A DNA stretch of 64,000 nt from Epiperipatus broadwayi (Eukaryota; Animalia; Onychophora), in the NCBI GenBank assembly GCA_028023455.1, contig JAQFVV010000003.1, positions 7,068,001 through 7,132,000 of the forward strand, written 5' to 3'. The position numbers and the translations under genes are program-made. The notes beneath the pieces are model-generated. The model had not been told where the DNA came from and did no database searches. It saw only the letters and a list, made by a program, of their open reading frames with translations. Every line of letters starts with the position of its first letter. Positions within the stretch are counted from its first letter, which is position 1. Below are positions 10,666 to 23,399 of the stretch, one piece after another.

Positions 10666-12285
10666 TGTGACACGACAACTTTCTTTCTTCCCCTACTAAC
10701 TGAATTTTAGTTATTAGAATCGTCGTCGAGGGCGCCACCAAGGATTTCTCTCTTGGAACCTGGTCACGTAACTTTACATAAACCTGGTCTTTATTTATTT
10801 TCGAACGACAATTCACTGATTATAAACTTTGATTATAATCTCACAGGGGTTTTCCTTTAAGAACACTAACTAATTATTATAAATAATTCAAGAATTCAAG
10901 AATGCGTTGGACAAAAAAACTTTTAATTTCTTTTACTACTATTTATTATTAATAACCTTATAATTCTATCCGATCCAGAAAGAACTGACTTACAATTTCT
11001 GATTTTCCCTCTGTTTACTTTCTAATTATGCTTCCCAAATATTTACCATAGATTTACTCGCGCCTACACTAATACTGCGAATTCTAGCAGACGTGTATAT
11101 AAGACGACTTATAGTATTTTTAATCTTTCCTGAAGTTTATTTTTAAACTCCACTTTCTTTGGTAAATAAATAAATTGCAAAAATCTTACAATGAACGTAT
11201 AAGTGTCTTTCGTTTTCTTATACTTTCAATTCTTTCCTTATTTTCTACTAACAAACGAGTAACTCCCCAAGGTTCTCTGTTACTTGGCGATGCACTTTTA
11301 TACCCCCACCCTGTTGTTACTCTCTAGATCGAATAGATATTAAATAATTTAAAATACAGTTATTCCAATATTTCAAAAAAAAATATTGAACGAAAATTAA
11401 CATTAATAGATTACAATATTAAACAAATTTATTTCCCCCCCTCTATTGTTGAAACATTCGTAATAAACATAATAAATGAAAATTAAATTAAAGATAAAGT
11501 TCTATTACGCTTTACTTAGAGTTCTCATTAATTGAAACGTTATAATTACCCTGATCGATCAGAGCGGAGTGGCCTGATTTTCATAGGTTTTACATTCCAT
11601 TGGTCGTGCCTTTGTCCTTGTACATGCGAATTCCATGAGTGTTCCTTTGGTTGTCCGGCTAGCAATATCCGTTTCTTCCATTCCATAACTCTCTCGATAG
11701 CTTCATTCAGATGGAGTGGCGGTCAATTCCCCAAAGGGGAAGGTTGTGATAACTTTAGCCGCTATACATTTGACAAGAGTCCGCAAAATTAAATTTCAAT
11801 AATAATAATTTTTATTGTTCGAAACACAGCTGCTTTCTTTATTGTCCTAGCTGGTCTCTAAAGTCAAGTCAACTGATCTCTCTAAAAGCGATCTTATCTC
11901 CACTCTTTCTTATCTTTTTTTTAATTAGCGTAATAGCAATTACTAACCAAATATTTTTACTTTGTGAAAGTTTCAACAATAGAGTATAATTACTACCAAG
12001 AATCTAATTTTGTTTTCTTTTCCCCACCCTTTTATCTCTCGAATTTTTCTCCCTTTTAATTAAACACTTTTAACATTTTTTTTTTTTTTTAATAAATTAT
12101 ATTCAATTTTATTTGTTTATCTCAAAATAAAAGTTCAAAATTTTTACCCTTTCCATTAAATCAAAACCATTTGTTAATTAATTTTTTTTTTTCATTTTAC
12201 AAACTATTTAACTTCAAAAATATTTATGACAAATTATAAATATGTGAGCTTATATATATATGAGCTGACTTAAAATATCAGCTCA
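10666..12285 (-). repeat. 5' LTR (1620 bp)
   Basis: Direct repeat of 5068-6691. Confidence 0.95.
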
Positions 12286-12320
12286 ATAAATACACACATG
12301 CTTATTCTCAAAACTACCTG

Positions 12321-12321
<1 letters not shown>

Positions 12322-12348
<27 letters not shown>
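12322..12348. repeat. (TA)n microsatellite
   Basis: Visible directly. Confidence 0.95.
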
Positions 12349-12351
<3 letters not shown>

Positions 12352-14909
12352 ACCAGGCCCCTCCAAATAAAGTTTATTATTAGATTTAAATACCCTTTTA
12401 CATAACTTTTGGGGCAAGTTTTAACTGCACTTTGGCAGCACTTGATATACCAGTATTTTATTATTATCATTTACATTTCACAATTATTCAATTATATCTC
12501 TAAATCTTATGGGAATGGACTACAGCATAGCCATCAATGATACCCATGGTCAGATCAGGTTTTTATGAAGCATAACACAACCATATTTCCTGCCCATGGC
12601 CCACCTTGACTGCTGGAACAAAAACCCTGCCATCCAAAGCATTTTATTTGTTTTGAGAATCAAACTCAGGTGCTGGCCAAGCATATGCTATATAGCCAAC
12701 ATGCTTGGATGACAGACACACCAACCAACACTTGAAATATTCCAAGCTAGTTCCTAATGTTAATCAGGGGGTCCAGCACATTAATTTAACAAATATAAAC
12801 ATTTATATCCTTAAATAAATGGTGACACAGTAACAAGACAGAGAGAGAGAATAAACCAAATAATAATTAAATAAACCTTAATCTTTATTCATGCACATAT
12901 ATTTAATAGAACATAATAGTATGGAAATTTACATATATAAAAATATGTGATTATTCAGGCTAAATTTTATACTAGTCCTTCATTAAAGTTCATTTCATTT
13001 AAAAATTACAAAGTATCTATAGACAGTGATCAAAATATATTTACTTAGGTTTTCATAACTATTAATTTCCAACCAGTTGGCCTTTGGTATTCCATTGATG
13101 GTTTCAGGACTTGTTTTTCATTCTTTGTCTTGAAAATGGGAGAGAGAAAGTATATGGCAGCATCTATTTAACCATTTGGGTATTGGTTTCCAGTGAGGGT
13201 TCAGGCAGGGACAGTTGATTTTTATGGAGGACTTTGGGGCCTGAAGTCCAGTTGAATATTTAAGGCTGTCTAGCAGTGCATGTTGCTAGTTCTGCAGCTT
13301 CTGCAATATTTTCTACAGTGGTAATAACTGGCTCTATACTGTCATTAGTAAATCAATAATAGCATAAATCACTAATAGAATGAAGACCTGAATGATTTAC
13401 AGATTCAAGGGTGGAATAAATAACAATAGAAAGTTGTTACTTTTATGCCTTTTCTCTCCCAATGTTTTTTCCTTATCATAGCTTTAAATCTATTTTTAAT
13501 TAAAATTTATATTTTTCTTTAATTTAATTGCTTTTTACATTTTCCTTTAATCTAATTTTTTTCTAGATTAATCTACTATATCTTTGCATTTACTGGAATA
13601 GTTTGTAATTATTATCATAATTGGTTTCGATTTTATTATCAGCCAGCAATCTTTACTGGCAGTCAAAAAGTTTTCTTATACTAATTAATTAATTAATTAA
13701 TCCTTTTATTTTAGATTTTACTAAGATTTATTTTTGAACACTTATTCTTACTTATTTTGATTTAGAAAAAGGAGAGCAAGTTTTAAGATTTTATTTCCAA
13801 TTTTTTTTTCACCCCACTGTTAATCATTAGCTTTATTCTATTTTAAAAGAAAAATATAAGCAATCTTTTACTTTTACAAAATTACATTTTAAAAACTACT
13901 TCTTAAATAATTATTTCTTTAACTACCCTTTTCATTTCTTTTTTTTAATAAATTTGATCATATATTTTTTTAAATTATGCATTATGTATATATATATATA
14001 TATATATTAAATGCAATCCCTCTAAATTTGAAATAATGTCTTCCAGTCAAATAAAATAGATATTCAATATGCAATATTAAATTCTCATTTAGAAAGGGTC
14101 TTTGCAAATAAGCAAAGTCAATGTATTATATATAATATTAATAGTTAGATTATACTATAAAAATGAGAAGATAGATAAAAGAAAAACATTTGTTCCAAAA
14201 GACTGCTGTTTTTTGAGAGGTCTGATAACATCTTATAATAAATCATCTTATTGCATAATACATTTACAATGCCATAGCAATGTATTAATTTAATGAATGA
14301 CCTCAGTGCTATAGTATATAATAATTAGAAAGTAATTTAAATACTACAACATGGAATTTATTATAGATTAAATTTTCAATGGTACAATAATGTTTATCAT
14401 GAAATATCCAATGATTAACCAATGCTAATATTAATATAAAATTGGAAAACATTAACATCTCAATATTTTACTATGAAATATTTTATTTAAAACATATACT
14501 TCATTCAAAAGGATAAAGTTTTTGTTTTAAATGCTCTAGTTGGGACATAATTGGACTTCATATACCATGCTTATTTAATATATCTTCATACCATGATAGG
14601 ATCATAAGATCTTAATAAGACCTCTAAAGACTCATGAACTTTAATTGAATCATGTTTCAGCAAATATTGCTGTTATATTGATATGTATTAATAAATATGT
14701 TTCTTAATTAAGTTTTAGTTAAAAAACCTGATGACAAAATTAAACAGATTGCATATTTTTAATTATTTATTTATTTACTTTAGAATGCATGTGTTTGTTT
14801 ATATACCTAAATGTATAAACTAGCCAAAAAGAAAATTTAGATTACTTTAAAAACAAAATTTAAATATACTTACATATATTAATTTTGTTTGTTTTTATTT
14901 GAAATCGTA

Positions 14910-15694
14910 TAATCTTAGACATATAAATGTTCAGACATTTATAAGAAAAAAGGGTAGATGTATGTTGTTTTAAAGATTGTTTATATTCATGCTGAGCATG
15001 CTTTCAATACATTTCATATCATAATCATAGCTCTTTTACATTTCCATTGTTGGTAATATTTATATATACTTGCTTACATTTAAATTTATTTTAATTTATT
15101 GTGTTGGTATGTAAATTTTATTTAAAATCTTTTTAGAGATCCCATTTTTTCAAGATAAGAGTGCTAGTGTCTTTTTTATTGATTGTGAATTGATCTTTGT
15201 CTATGAAACAAGCTTTTTTAATTTTTGTCTTTCTATCCTCCCTCTCCATACAAACAATTCTGGATTTAAATAAATCAAATTTGTGGCCTGGGTGTTATTC
15301 ATGTTCTGTGAAAATGGGAAAGTATTCATTACTTCTTTTAGCTCTATTGTACAGATAGTTGCATTGGGCCAATATTGTTAATAGATTGGCTTTTGATTCA
15401 CCATAATAGATATATTGGCAGTTGGCTTGATTGCAAGTGGTTATGTAAATTATTTTATGCACTGATTTGGTGGACAATTTATCTTTCAAATTGTTCAGTA
15501 AGTTATTTAAAGCTGGCAAAGAACAAAAGCTTATATTAAATTTCTCTGAACAAATTCTTAATTTACTAGAAAATTTTGGAACATATGGTAAGCTTATCTA
15601 AAAGCATGCCCAGCATGAATAAAACCAAATTTTTTATACAACATACATCTATCTTTTCTTTATAAATGTCTGAACATTTATATATCTAAGATTA
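14910..15694 (-). mobile_element. 5'-truncated Penelope-like element fragment: GIY-YIG remnant flanked by ~95 bp inverted repeats
   Basis: ORF 15295-15519 contains IIYITTCNQANCQYIYYGESKANL (GIY-YIG-like). 14910-15005 is the inverted homolog of 15601-15694. Confidence 0.7.
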
Positions 15695-18600
15695 CAATTG
15701 CAAAGAAAAGATAATATATTTAATGAATTGAAATCTTATAGTATAATTGATTGTTTCCATTATATATGTAAAGAGCAATAAATCTTAAGTATAAAAGTTC
15801 ATGAATTATCTTTATGGTGGTATATAGTTTAATATACATTGATTGTATCATAATTTCTATATATAAATTACTAATTTCACTTTCATGCTTGTAAAAAAAA
15901 ACTGGAAACAAACTAAATGTACTTAGAAAAAAATTTTATATATAATTTTTTTAGTATCTATTTATGTATTTATGTAAAGATAATATTTTCTTTCTGGTTT
16001 ATTAGTGCATCATTCATAACATTTGCTACATACATAAATGAAAAATTTATATAACATATGCAGTTTATAAAACAGATAATTAATTCATAATTAAATAACA
16101 TAACAAAGATTATTTCAGTTGCTTTAATATATTTTTAATTTATTAATTAAAATTGGGTTTTGTGATTATTTATAGTCTATTTATTATACTATATATTAAG
16201 ATCAGCTTCAAGAGTCTCTGCATAATTTATTTGCATATTAAATATTAGCTAGCCAATACTAAATAAATACCTATATATTTTAATAATTTATTGTATTATT
16301 GTAGCATTTCATCAGTTATATTTTATTGATTAAGGTGAATAAATAATTAGTAAAAGTTAAACTAATGTTTTATTAAATACTAATTAATTAAATTAATATA
16401 TTTAATTTAAAGCACTATAATTTGGCAATTAATGTATTTGAACTTTCATATTAGTTTATAAACACATCACACTAGTACAACTTGACATTTCAACTGGATT
16501 TTAAGAAAATTCTTTAATTTATTTTATACCATTATAAAATTTGGTATCTGAAAATGTTAAGTGGTTTATTTATTAATAGATAATCATTATAACATATGTA
16601 TACTGTTACAGAAATTGACACTTTAATACATGGTTTGAATTGAATAAGTTACCTAAAATAATAATAGTTTATTGATTACATTAGAAAATTGGCATCCAAA
16701 TATGATGAGTTATTATTTACCTAATAATGGTTGGTTATATTCTAATTTATACTGTTACAAAAATTGATGTCCAATGTTAAAGGTGATTTTATCAGTTACT
16801 CATTCACTTATCAATTTATAAATAATTTCAGACCATTAAAATATATATCCATTGGTATCATTGTGATCATATCCCATTATTCACTTAAATGCTATTTTAT
16901 TGGTAAATTTATTTTTCTTAAATGGATTTGATCAATGATGTTTGTTGTAAGAACTATACTAGAGCTTATATAGGAGATATTGATAATGATACTACTGACA
17001 TATTAGTTACATTTACAATAACAATAACCAAGAGATTTATGCTTACATTGTAATAAATAAAAATAATAATTTGATGTTAAAGGTATACATTTTTTAAAAC
17101 TCATTTTTGTAATGTTAATAATATTTTTTTAATTTCATAACATTAAAAAGAAAACTTACTTTTGGTAGAATATCATATGAACTGTATACATACATATATT
17201 TTAGAAAGAGTAATTTTTTTTTTTTAAAAAATTAAAAAAAAAAAAACGTTTATAAAAATAAAATGAAGTGTTTAAGTGCATATAATATAGAAGGAAGAAT
17301 TAAGTGAAAAGCTAATTAATTTTTTTTTAAATGTGTTATTAATATGCAGATATCTAATTTTAAAAGTTACCCATTATAGTTTAAAAATAGAAGAATTAAA
17401 GTCCAATTACAAAAACAAGATGATAATGGTACAAAAGGGAATCACAACATCATGCAAAATAGAGTAATGACCTGACAACAGAGAGTAGGTATTGGCCACA
17501 AATATCATTGCAAAAAAGATATTTGTGGTATGACTCTTAACTATAGAATTCCAAAGATAGCTTACAGACTATGAATAGGTGAAACCAATCATTATTTTTT
17601 ATGTATATTACAAATCTATAATTATGTAACTTATTGTGTTAACTTAATGATATGTTAGTAATGCTATATAATGTATATCTAGGAACTATGTAGTATTTAT
17701 TCATTTATTATGGCAACTATAATAATATTGTCTAAGCTACAAAGAAGTCCTTGTGTCTAGTAGTTGAGACTTGAGATAAATTGTAATTGGTTTGTTTGGT
17801 CTGCAGGAGCTGTCCATAACAGTGCAGCAAGCCATTTCTCCTGCAATAAAGACACATATAAATATTTTAAATAATATTATCTGCAGAAAGAATAAAGTTT
17901 TGAAATGGATACTTCATTTTTAATATATCACTAGTTATTTTCATTTTTTTCCCCTACCATTTTGAAAAGAAGGTTTTTCTTTCTTAATTTGTTATGCTTT
18001 AATTAAATGATGATGCTGTAAAATGGCATTTAAATATCACTTACAATTTTTAAAAATAGATGACAATAATCCAAGAGATCTTCAATTCTAAAAACTAAGG
18101 TGAAGACTGATTCTCACATCAAGACTGGGTAACACATAATTCTCAAGCTAAAAAATAATATTTATATTTTTCCAAATCAATTAAAAGTTTGACAATATTG
18201 TTTGAGTCAATTTGTAAAGCCTCTCACTCTTCCTTAAGTCTCTAACTTCTTTTGACTTTTTTTAAATTATAAATTTTTTGATTACTATTAATATTTATTC
18301 TAGTAGGCAGAACTTCTTCCCTCAGATTAAATAGAAGGATTTGCAGACATTACATTTATAAACTGAATTAAATAGTAACTGTCTTTATTAGCTTCATAGA
18401 TATCTCATTATATAATCATGATTTACTTAATGGATGATCCTAATAAATTGCCATAATTGTTGATTTTTTTTGTCTAACTAGCTTCTATTCAGGAGGGAGG
18501 TGTTATTATAGTATCCCTATGCAGTGACCACTTGATTTATTTTATATTATCCAAAATAATAATAAATGTCCAAGATTTTTTAATTTTAAATCTGAATCAA

Positions 18601-18958
18601 TTTATAATTTCTCCTACTTTTTAATGGATGAACTATTCACTAGACTATACTGTCATTATCGTCTACTTTTATGTCGCTAATTTGATGCTTATACAATTGG
18701 CTGAACAAAAAGAAAAATTATCATTACCTAGTTTAAAAACGACTTGAAATTCAAAGTTTGATACATCCTATTCTTAAATAATTTCTTTTTCAGATATTCA
18801 CATCAAAACTCTAATAGATAAAACAGCCTTAAATGACTTATTATAGAACAAAGAATTTTTGTACAGAAATAATAAAAAATGCATTAATTATGAGATTACT
18901 TATTAATAAGAATTTTGTGGCTTTTCCCTATGTTTTAACCTATAAATAAGAATAAATA

Positions 18959-19073
18959 GTCAAGCGTCGGTGGCCTAGCGGTTAGCGTAGCTGCCTTCCA
19001 AGCAGTCGTTCAGGGTTCGCTTCCCGGTCAACGCTTTGACATATAAAAATAATAATAAAATAAAAAAGTAAAA
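18959..19073 (+). mobile_element. tRNA-Gly(TCC)-derived mini-SINE
   Basis: tRNA-like body 18964-19035 (GCTGCCTTCCAAGCAG anticodon arm), A-rich tail, TSD AATAAGAATAAATA at 18945-18958 / 19074-19087. Confidence 0.85.
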
Positions 19074-19479
19074 AATAAGAATAAATATCAAGACTATTAA
19101 TTTATGAATACTTATATGGCTAGCTGCAATGACTGCAGGCAACATCTCTGAAAAATAATGTAAAGATGTTAGAAAATTCTGTTATTTTAAAAAAAAATTC
19201 CAAGTTCAACTGAGATTCAAATTCTAGCTCATGATCTCTTCACTTTTCTCTAATAAGTAATAATACATATATACACATACACAAGGATTCTTAAAAATTA
19301 ACGTATAATAATATCTTCTCAAAAAATTTGTTTGCTCCAAGCTATCCCTGAGATCAACATCAGCATATTTCAAACAATGTAATCAGTGGATCATTATTAT
19401 TCCATAAACAAACAAATTAATGTTTTCTATTGTGCTAAAACACAGAAAACATTAAACTATAATAATAAACTAAATATAA

Positions 19480-21690
19480 AGGCAAAGCACTTTCAGGAAC
19501 ATTTAGTTCCCATAATCATAGAATATGATGGAAGTGCTGGTAAAATGTTGTATATAAACTTAGTGTATGCAAATTTATGCAATATATTTAAATGGCCCAT
19601 TTTTTAGAAATGGAAAAGCAGCATCCCTTCCGATTGATGGCATTGTCTGCTATAAAGCAAGCCTCTTTTAGCTTACATTTTATATTGTTCTGCTCCATGC
19701 AAAGTATTTCTGCCAATGCAGGTTCAAACGCATGGCCAGTAGACTTTTGGTGCTGTAAAAATATTGAATTATATTCAGAATTGATTCATGCTCTATTATA
19801 TAAATAATGATGTTGTGAACTCTAGTGGCTAAAGTGGCATGAGTTTCCCTGTAAAAGACTGCTTTGCATCCATTCTGGGAGCATATGATTTTGTAAACTG
19901 TCTGGAGGGTTTGGTCAGGTGATATCTGATCTTTGGAATTATTAATAAGTCTATTGTTTGCAAGTGGTGTATGAAAACTTAAGTTAAATGAAGGAGCAAA
20001 TATCTTGAAGAACTTTTTGGACAAAGAAATTATATAAGGTAGTAGCATCTATGGTCTATCATCTTTAATGTAGTTAGTTCTTAGTCTATTACAAAAATAT
20101 TTAACTTTTTTATTAATAGCTCTATATTTAAATCATGCATTGGTCAGATATTTTAAGTACTTAATTAGATTAGCTTTGTAATTGGATTCAAATTTACAGA
20201 GGTGGTGGTGTCTAAAAAGAAAAGATGAAAGCCTTGCTAATTTATATGCTATGGATGAGTTTGAATTCAGGTGGGTATAACCATGTATCTCTAGTGATTT
20301 GATCTGCATGGTGTAATTGAGTTGTATAGGGTCTCTTTGTACTTGAATGTCCAGGTACCTAACTTCTTGTTTTGAATTCTTCCATGCAATATTTAACATT
20401 AAGTCAGTGTGTGCTTGGAATTCATTTTGAATATTTATTGTGACATTCTCAGGTGCAGAAATAAACAAGTTATCTATATAGCATGTGTATAATATGCTAA
20501 ATACTGATGTGTAATATTTAGGTAGGATCTGCTTCTCATGATAGTTAAGAAAAATGCTGGAAATGATACCACTCCTTGCAAGACCCATTGGCCATCCATC
20601 TTTCTTATGGAACAATTTGCCATTAAATATTGTCATAATACTGTTATCCAGCCACACCAGAAAATCGATAATGAAACTGAGGCATGCTTATGAGCTCAAT
20701 ATTGATGATATCAATTGAAAGTTTGCAATAATTAGAGCCACATAAATCAGTTATGTTAAGCAATACAATTTTAAATCTGGTTTCAATGTGGCACTTTTAA
20801 TTTGAACAACAAAATCAACTAGGATTTAATAGTATATGAACCAATTCTCAGATCATTAATAGGCCGCTGATTTATCATTTTCACAGTATTAAAATAATGT
20901 ACACTGCCAAAATCCAACATGAGATTAAGAGGAACATTTGGTTTGTGTAATTTGACATTTTCAAACATTCTAGGGGCTATTGACGAGGAAGGGTATATGC
21001 GATAATAATCCACTTTCAAAAATGCCTTATTACAGTGGACCTGAAGCACAGAAGAAATAAATTTTTCTCTGTTCAGCTTGTTATTAAAGCTGGCCACTGT
21101 TTCAAATTTTAATTTGTTGATTTGAAGATTAATTTTATTTATGTATTCACTTTTATCCATAAGAACAAATCATTTTCTCTTATCCTCTTTCATACATGTG
21201 ATTGTGTTATCACCTAGGAATTGTTTTGTCTTTCTAATTTTTACATTTCAGTCATTCAAAGTTGTGTTCAATGGTTTGTGCCAGATTGCCTTAGCAATTT
21301 GGATGATGAAATTGTCTCTGTGTGGATTATCTATCATGACCACTTCTATGTCCACTACGACCTCCATCATAGAGTGTTTCCATTGGCTGCCAACATATCT
21401 TGGTCCAAGTTTCAATACAGTACTAACATCAGAGGGCAGAGCTTTATTAGTAAGATTGACAAATGCCACTTTGTTCATTGCAGTAGTGTTGATCTTTTGT
21501 TTATTGACTAAGAAAATGAATTTATGCTCAAATTTACAAAGTAATTTAGCTGTCAAGTTATTATATTTGTCAATAACATATTGTGGAAGTGTCATATTTA
21601 CAATCATTCTAGAAAGGCATTTTCATTCTTTCTTCAATACATTCCGGCATCCCTTGGTGATCAAGTTAAGCAAATGCATCTGCATTAATA
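19480..21690 (-). mobile_element. Penelope-like element, degenerate ORF (N-terminal region, RT, GIY-YIG)
   Basis: Motifs VNLTNKALPSDVSTVLKLGPRY, MDKSEYINK, PRMFENVKLHKPNVPL, DGWPMG, CYIDNLF, YLDIQV and TVYKIICSQNGCKAVFYRETHATLATRV (GIY-YIG). Multiple stops and frameshifts. Confidence 0.92.
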
Positions 21691-21694
21691 TTAT

Positions 21695-23020
21695 GGTGGT
21701 TGTATTTTATTCTGCAAAAAATAATAAATCAATGGCTTATTGATAATATAGGATTTGGTTCTTATACTATTAAATCCTCAGTTGATTTTGTCACTCAAAT
21801 TAAAAGTGCCACTTTGAAACCGGATTTTAAAATTGCATCGCTTGACATAACTGAGTTATATGGCTCTATTAATAGCAAACTTTCAATTGATATCATCAAT
21901 ACTGAGCTCATAAATAATAATTGTCCACAAACACTTCTCAGTTTCATTATCAATTTTCTGGAATGGCTGGATAATAATATCATGGCAATATTTGATGGCA
22001 AATGATTCCATATGAAATATGGATGGCCAACGGGTCTTCCAATGAGTGATATCATCTTCAAAATTTTTCTTAACCGCAATGAGAAGCAGATCCTACCTAA
22101 ATATTACACTCAGTATCTCGCATATTATACACATGCTATGTAGATGACTTGTTTATTGTTGCACCTGAGAATGTCACAATAAATATTTATAATGAACACC
22201 AAGCATACACTGACTTAACATGAAAAATTGCATGGGAGAATTCAAAACAAGAAGTTAAGTGTCCACTCAAGTACAAAGAGACCCTACATAATTCAATTAC
22301 ACCTACCCAAATTCAAACTCACCCATAGCATATAAATTAGCAGGGTTTTCATCATTTGACTTTAGAAACCACCACCTCTGCAATCACAAATCTAACCTAA
22401 TTGAGTACTTAAAAGATCTGACCAATGTAGGATTTAAATATGGAGTTATTAATAAAAAAGTTAAATATTTTCATATAACCACATTAGAAATGATAAATCA
22501 TGGATGCTACTACCTCATATACCTTCTTTGTCCAAAAAGTTCTTCAAGACATTTGCTACTTCATTTAACTTAAGTTTTCATACACCACCTGCAACCAATA
22601 GACTTATTAATAATTCCAAAAATCGGATATCACCTGACCACCCACCCCCAGACAGTTTACAAAATCATATGCCCCCAGAATGGATGCAAAGCAGTTTTTA
22701 TGGAGAAACTCATGCCCATTTATCCACTAGAGTTTGGCAACATCATTATTTATATAATAGATCATGAATCAACTCCTAATATAATTTGATATTTTTACAG
22801 CACCAAAGATCTACTGGCCATGCATTTGAACCCACAGTGGCAGAAATACTTTGATGTAAAACATAAGGTAAAAGAAGCATGTTTTATACCAGATGATACC
22901 AACACCATCAACCAGAAGGAATCCTGATTCTTCATTTCTAAAAAATGGGCCATTTAAATACATTGCATAAATTTGCATACATTAAGTTTATACACAACGT
23001 TTTACCAGCACTTCCATCAA
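21695..23020 (+). mobile_element. Second Penelope-like copy, 5'-truncated within RT, head-to-head with the first
   Basis: Inverted homolog (roughly 80-85% by eye) of about 19537-20890. Motifs SLDITELYGSI, GWPTGLPMS and TCYVDDLF (YVDD at 22137-22148); in-frame stops present. Confidence 0.9.
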
Positions 23021-23380
23021 ATGCTACTGCGTTTTAGGGCAATAGAAATATTACTTTGTTATATGTGAAGTATAATTAATTATTTAAACAAACAAATGTG
23101 ATTTATCCTCAATGTTACATTTTTATTTACAACTGTCAAACTCACACCACTCACAACTTTGATACCATCCACCTCAGATAAATATATTAATGACTATTAC
23201 TAATCATTTTCTAAACTAGAGATTATCTCTAGCACACATATAAACTTTAAACCTCAGTTAAAGATTAATATATCTGATGTTTTAATTTTAAACATGCACG
23301 CACATGGTAAGTAATAAATGTTCTGTGATAATAATAAAAAATTGGAAAACTGTGAATTCTTTCCAATGTTAAACTTCTAA

Positions 23381-23399
23381 TCTCTCTCTCTCTCTCTCT
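23381..23399. repeat. (TC)n microsatellite
   Basis: Visible directly. Confidence 0.9.

Larger units (their letters stand above)
5068..12285 (-). mobile_element. Full-length Ty3/Gypsy LTR retrotransposon (7218 bp)
   Basis: Two ~1.62 kb direct repeats with TG...CA ends and TSD ATAA (5064-5067 / 12286-12289). Domain order gag-PR-RT-RNaseH-IN on the minus strand. Confidence 0.97.

Noticed and set aside
12500-13400. GC-richer patches that look like decayed coding sequence
   Set aside because: No motif could be assigned in any frame.
17750-17850. Possible minus-strand terminal exon (TTATTGCAG|GAGAAATGGCTTGCTGCACTG...)
   Set aside because: Single isolated acceptor with an unrecognised short peptide; cannot be supported without RNA data.
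18964-19035. Functional tRNA-Gly(TCC) gene
   Set aside because: Mismatches in the acceptor and T stems, altered T loop, A-rich tail and TSD indicate a retroposed SINE copy.
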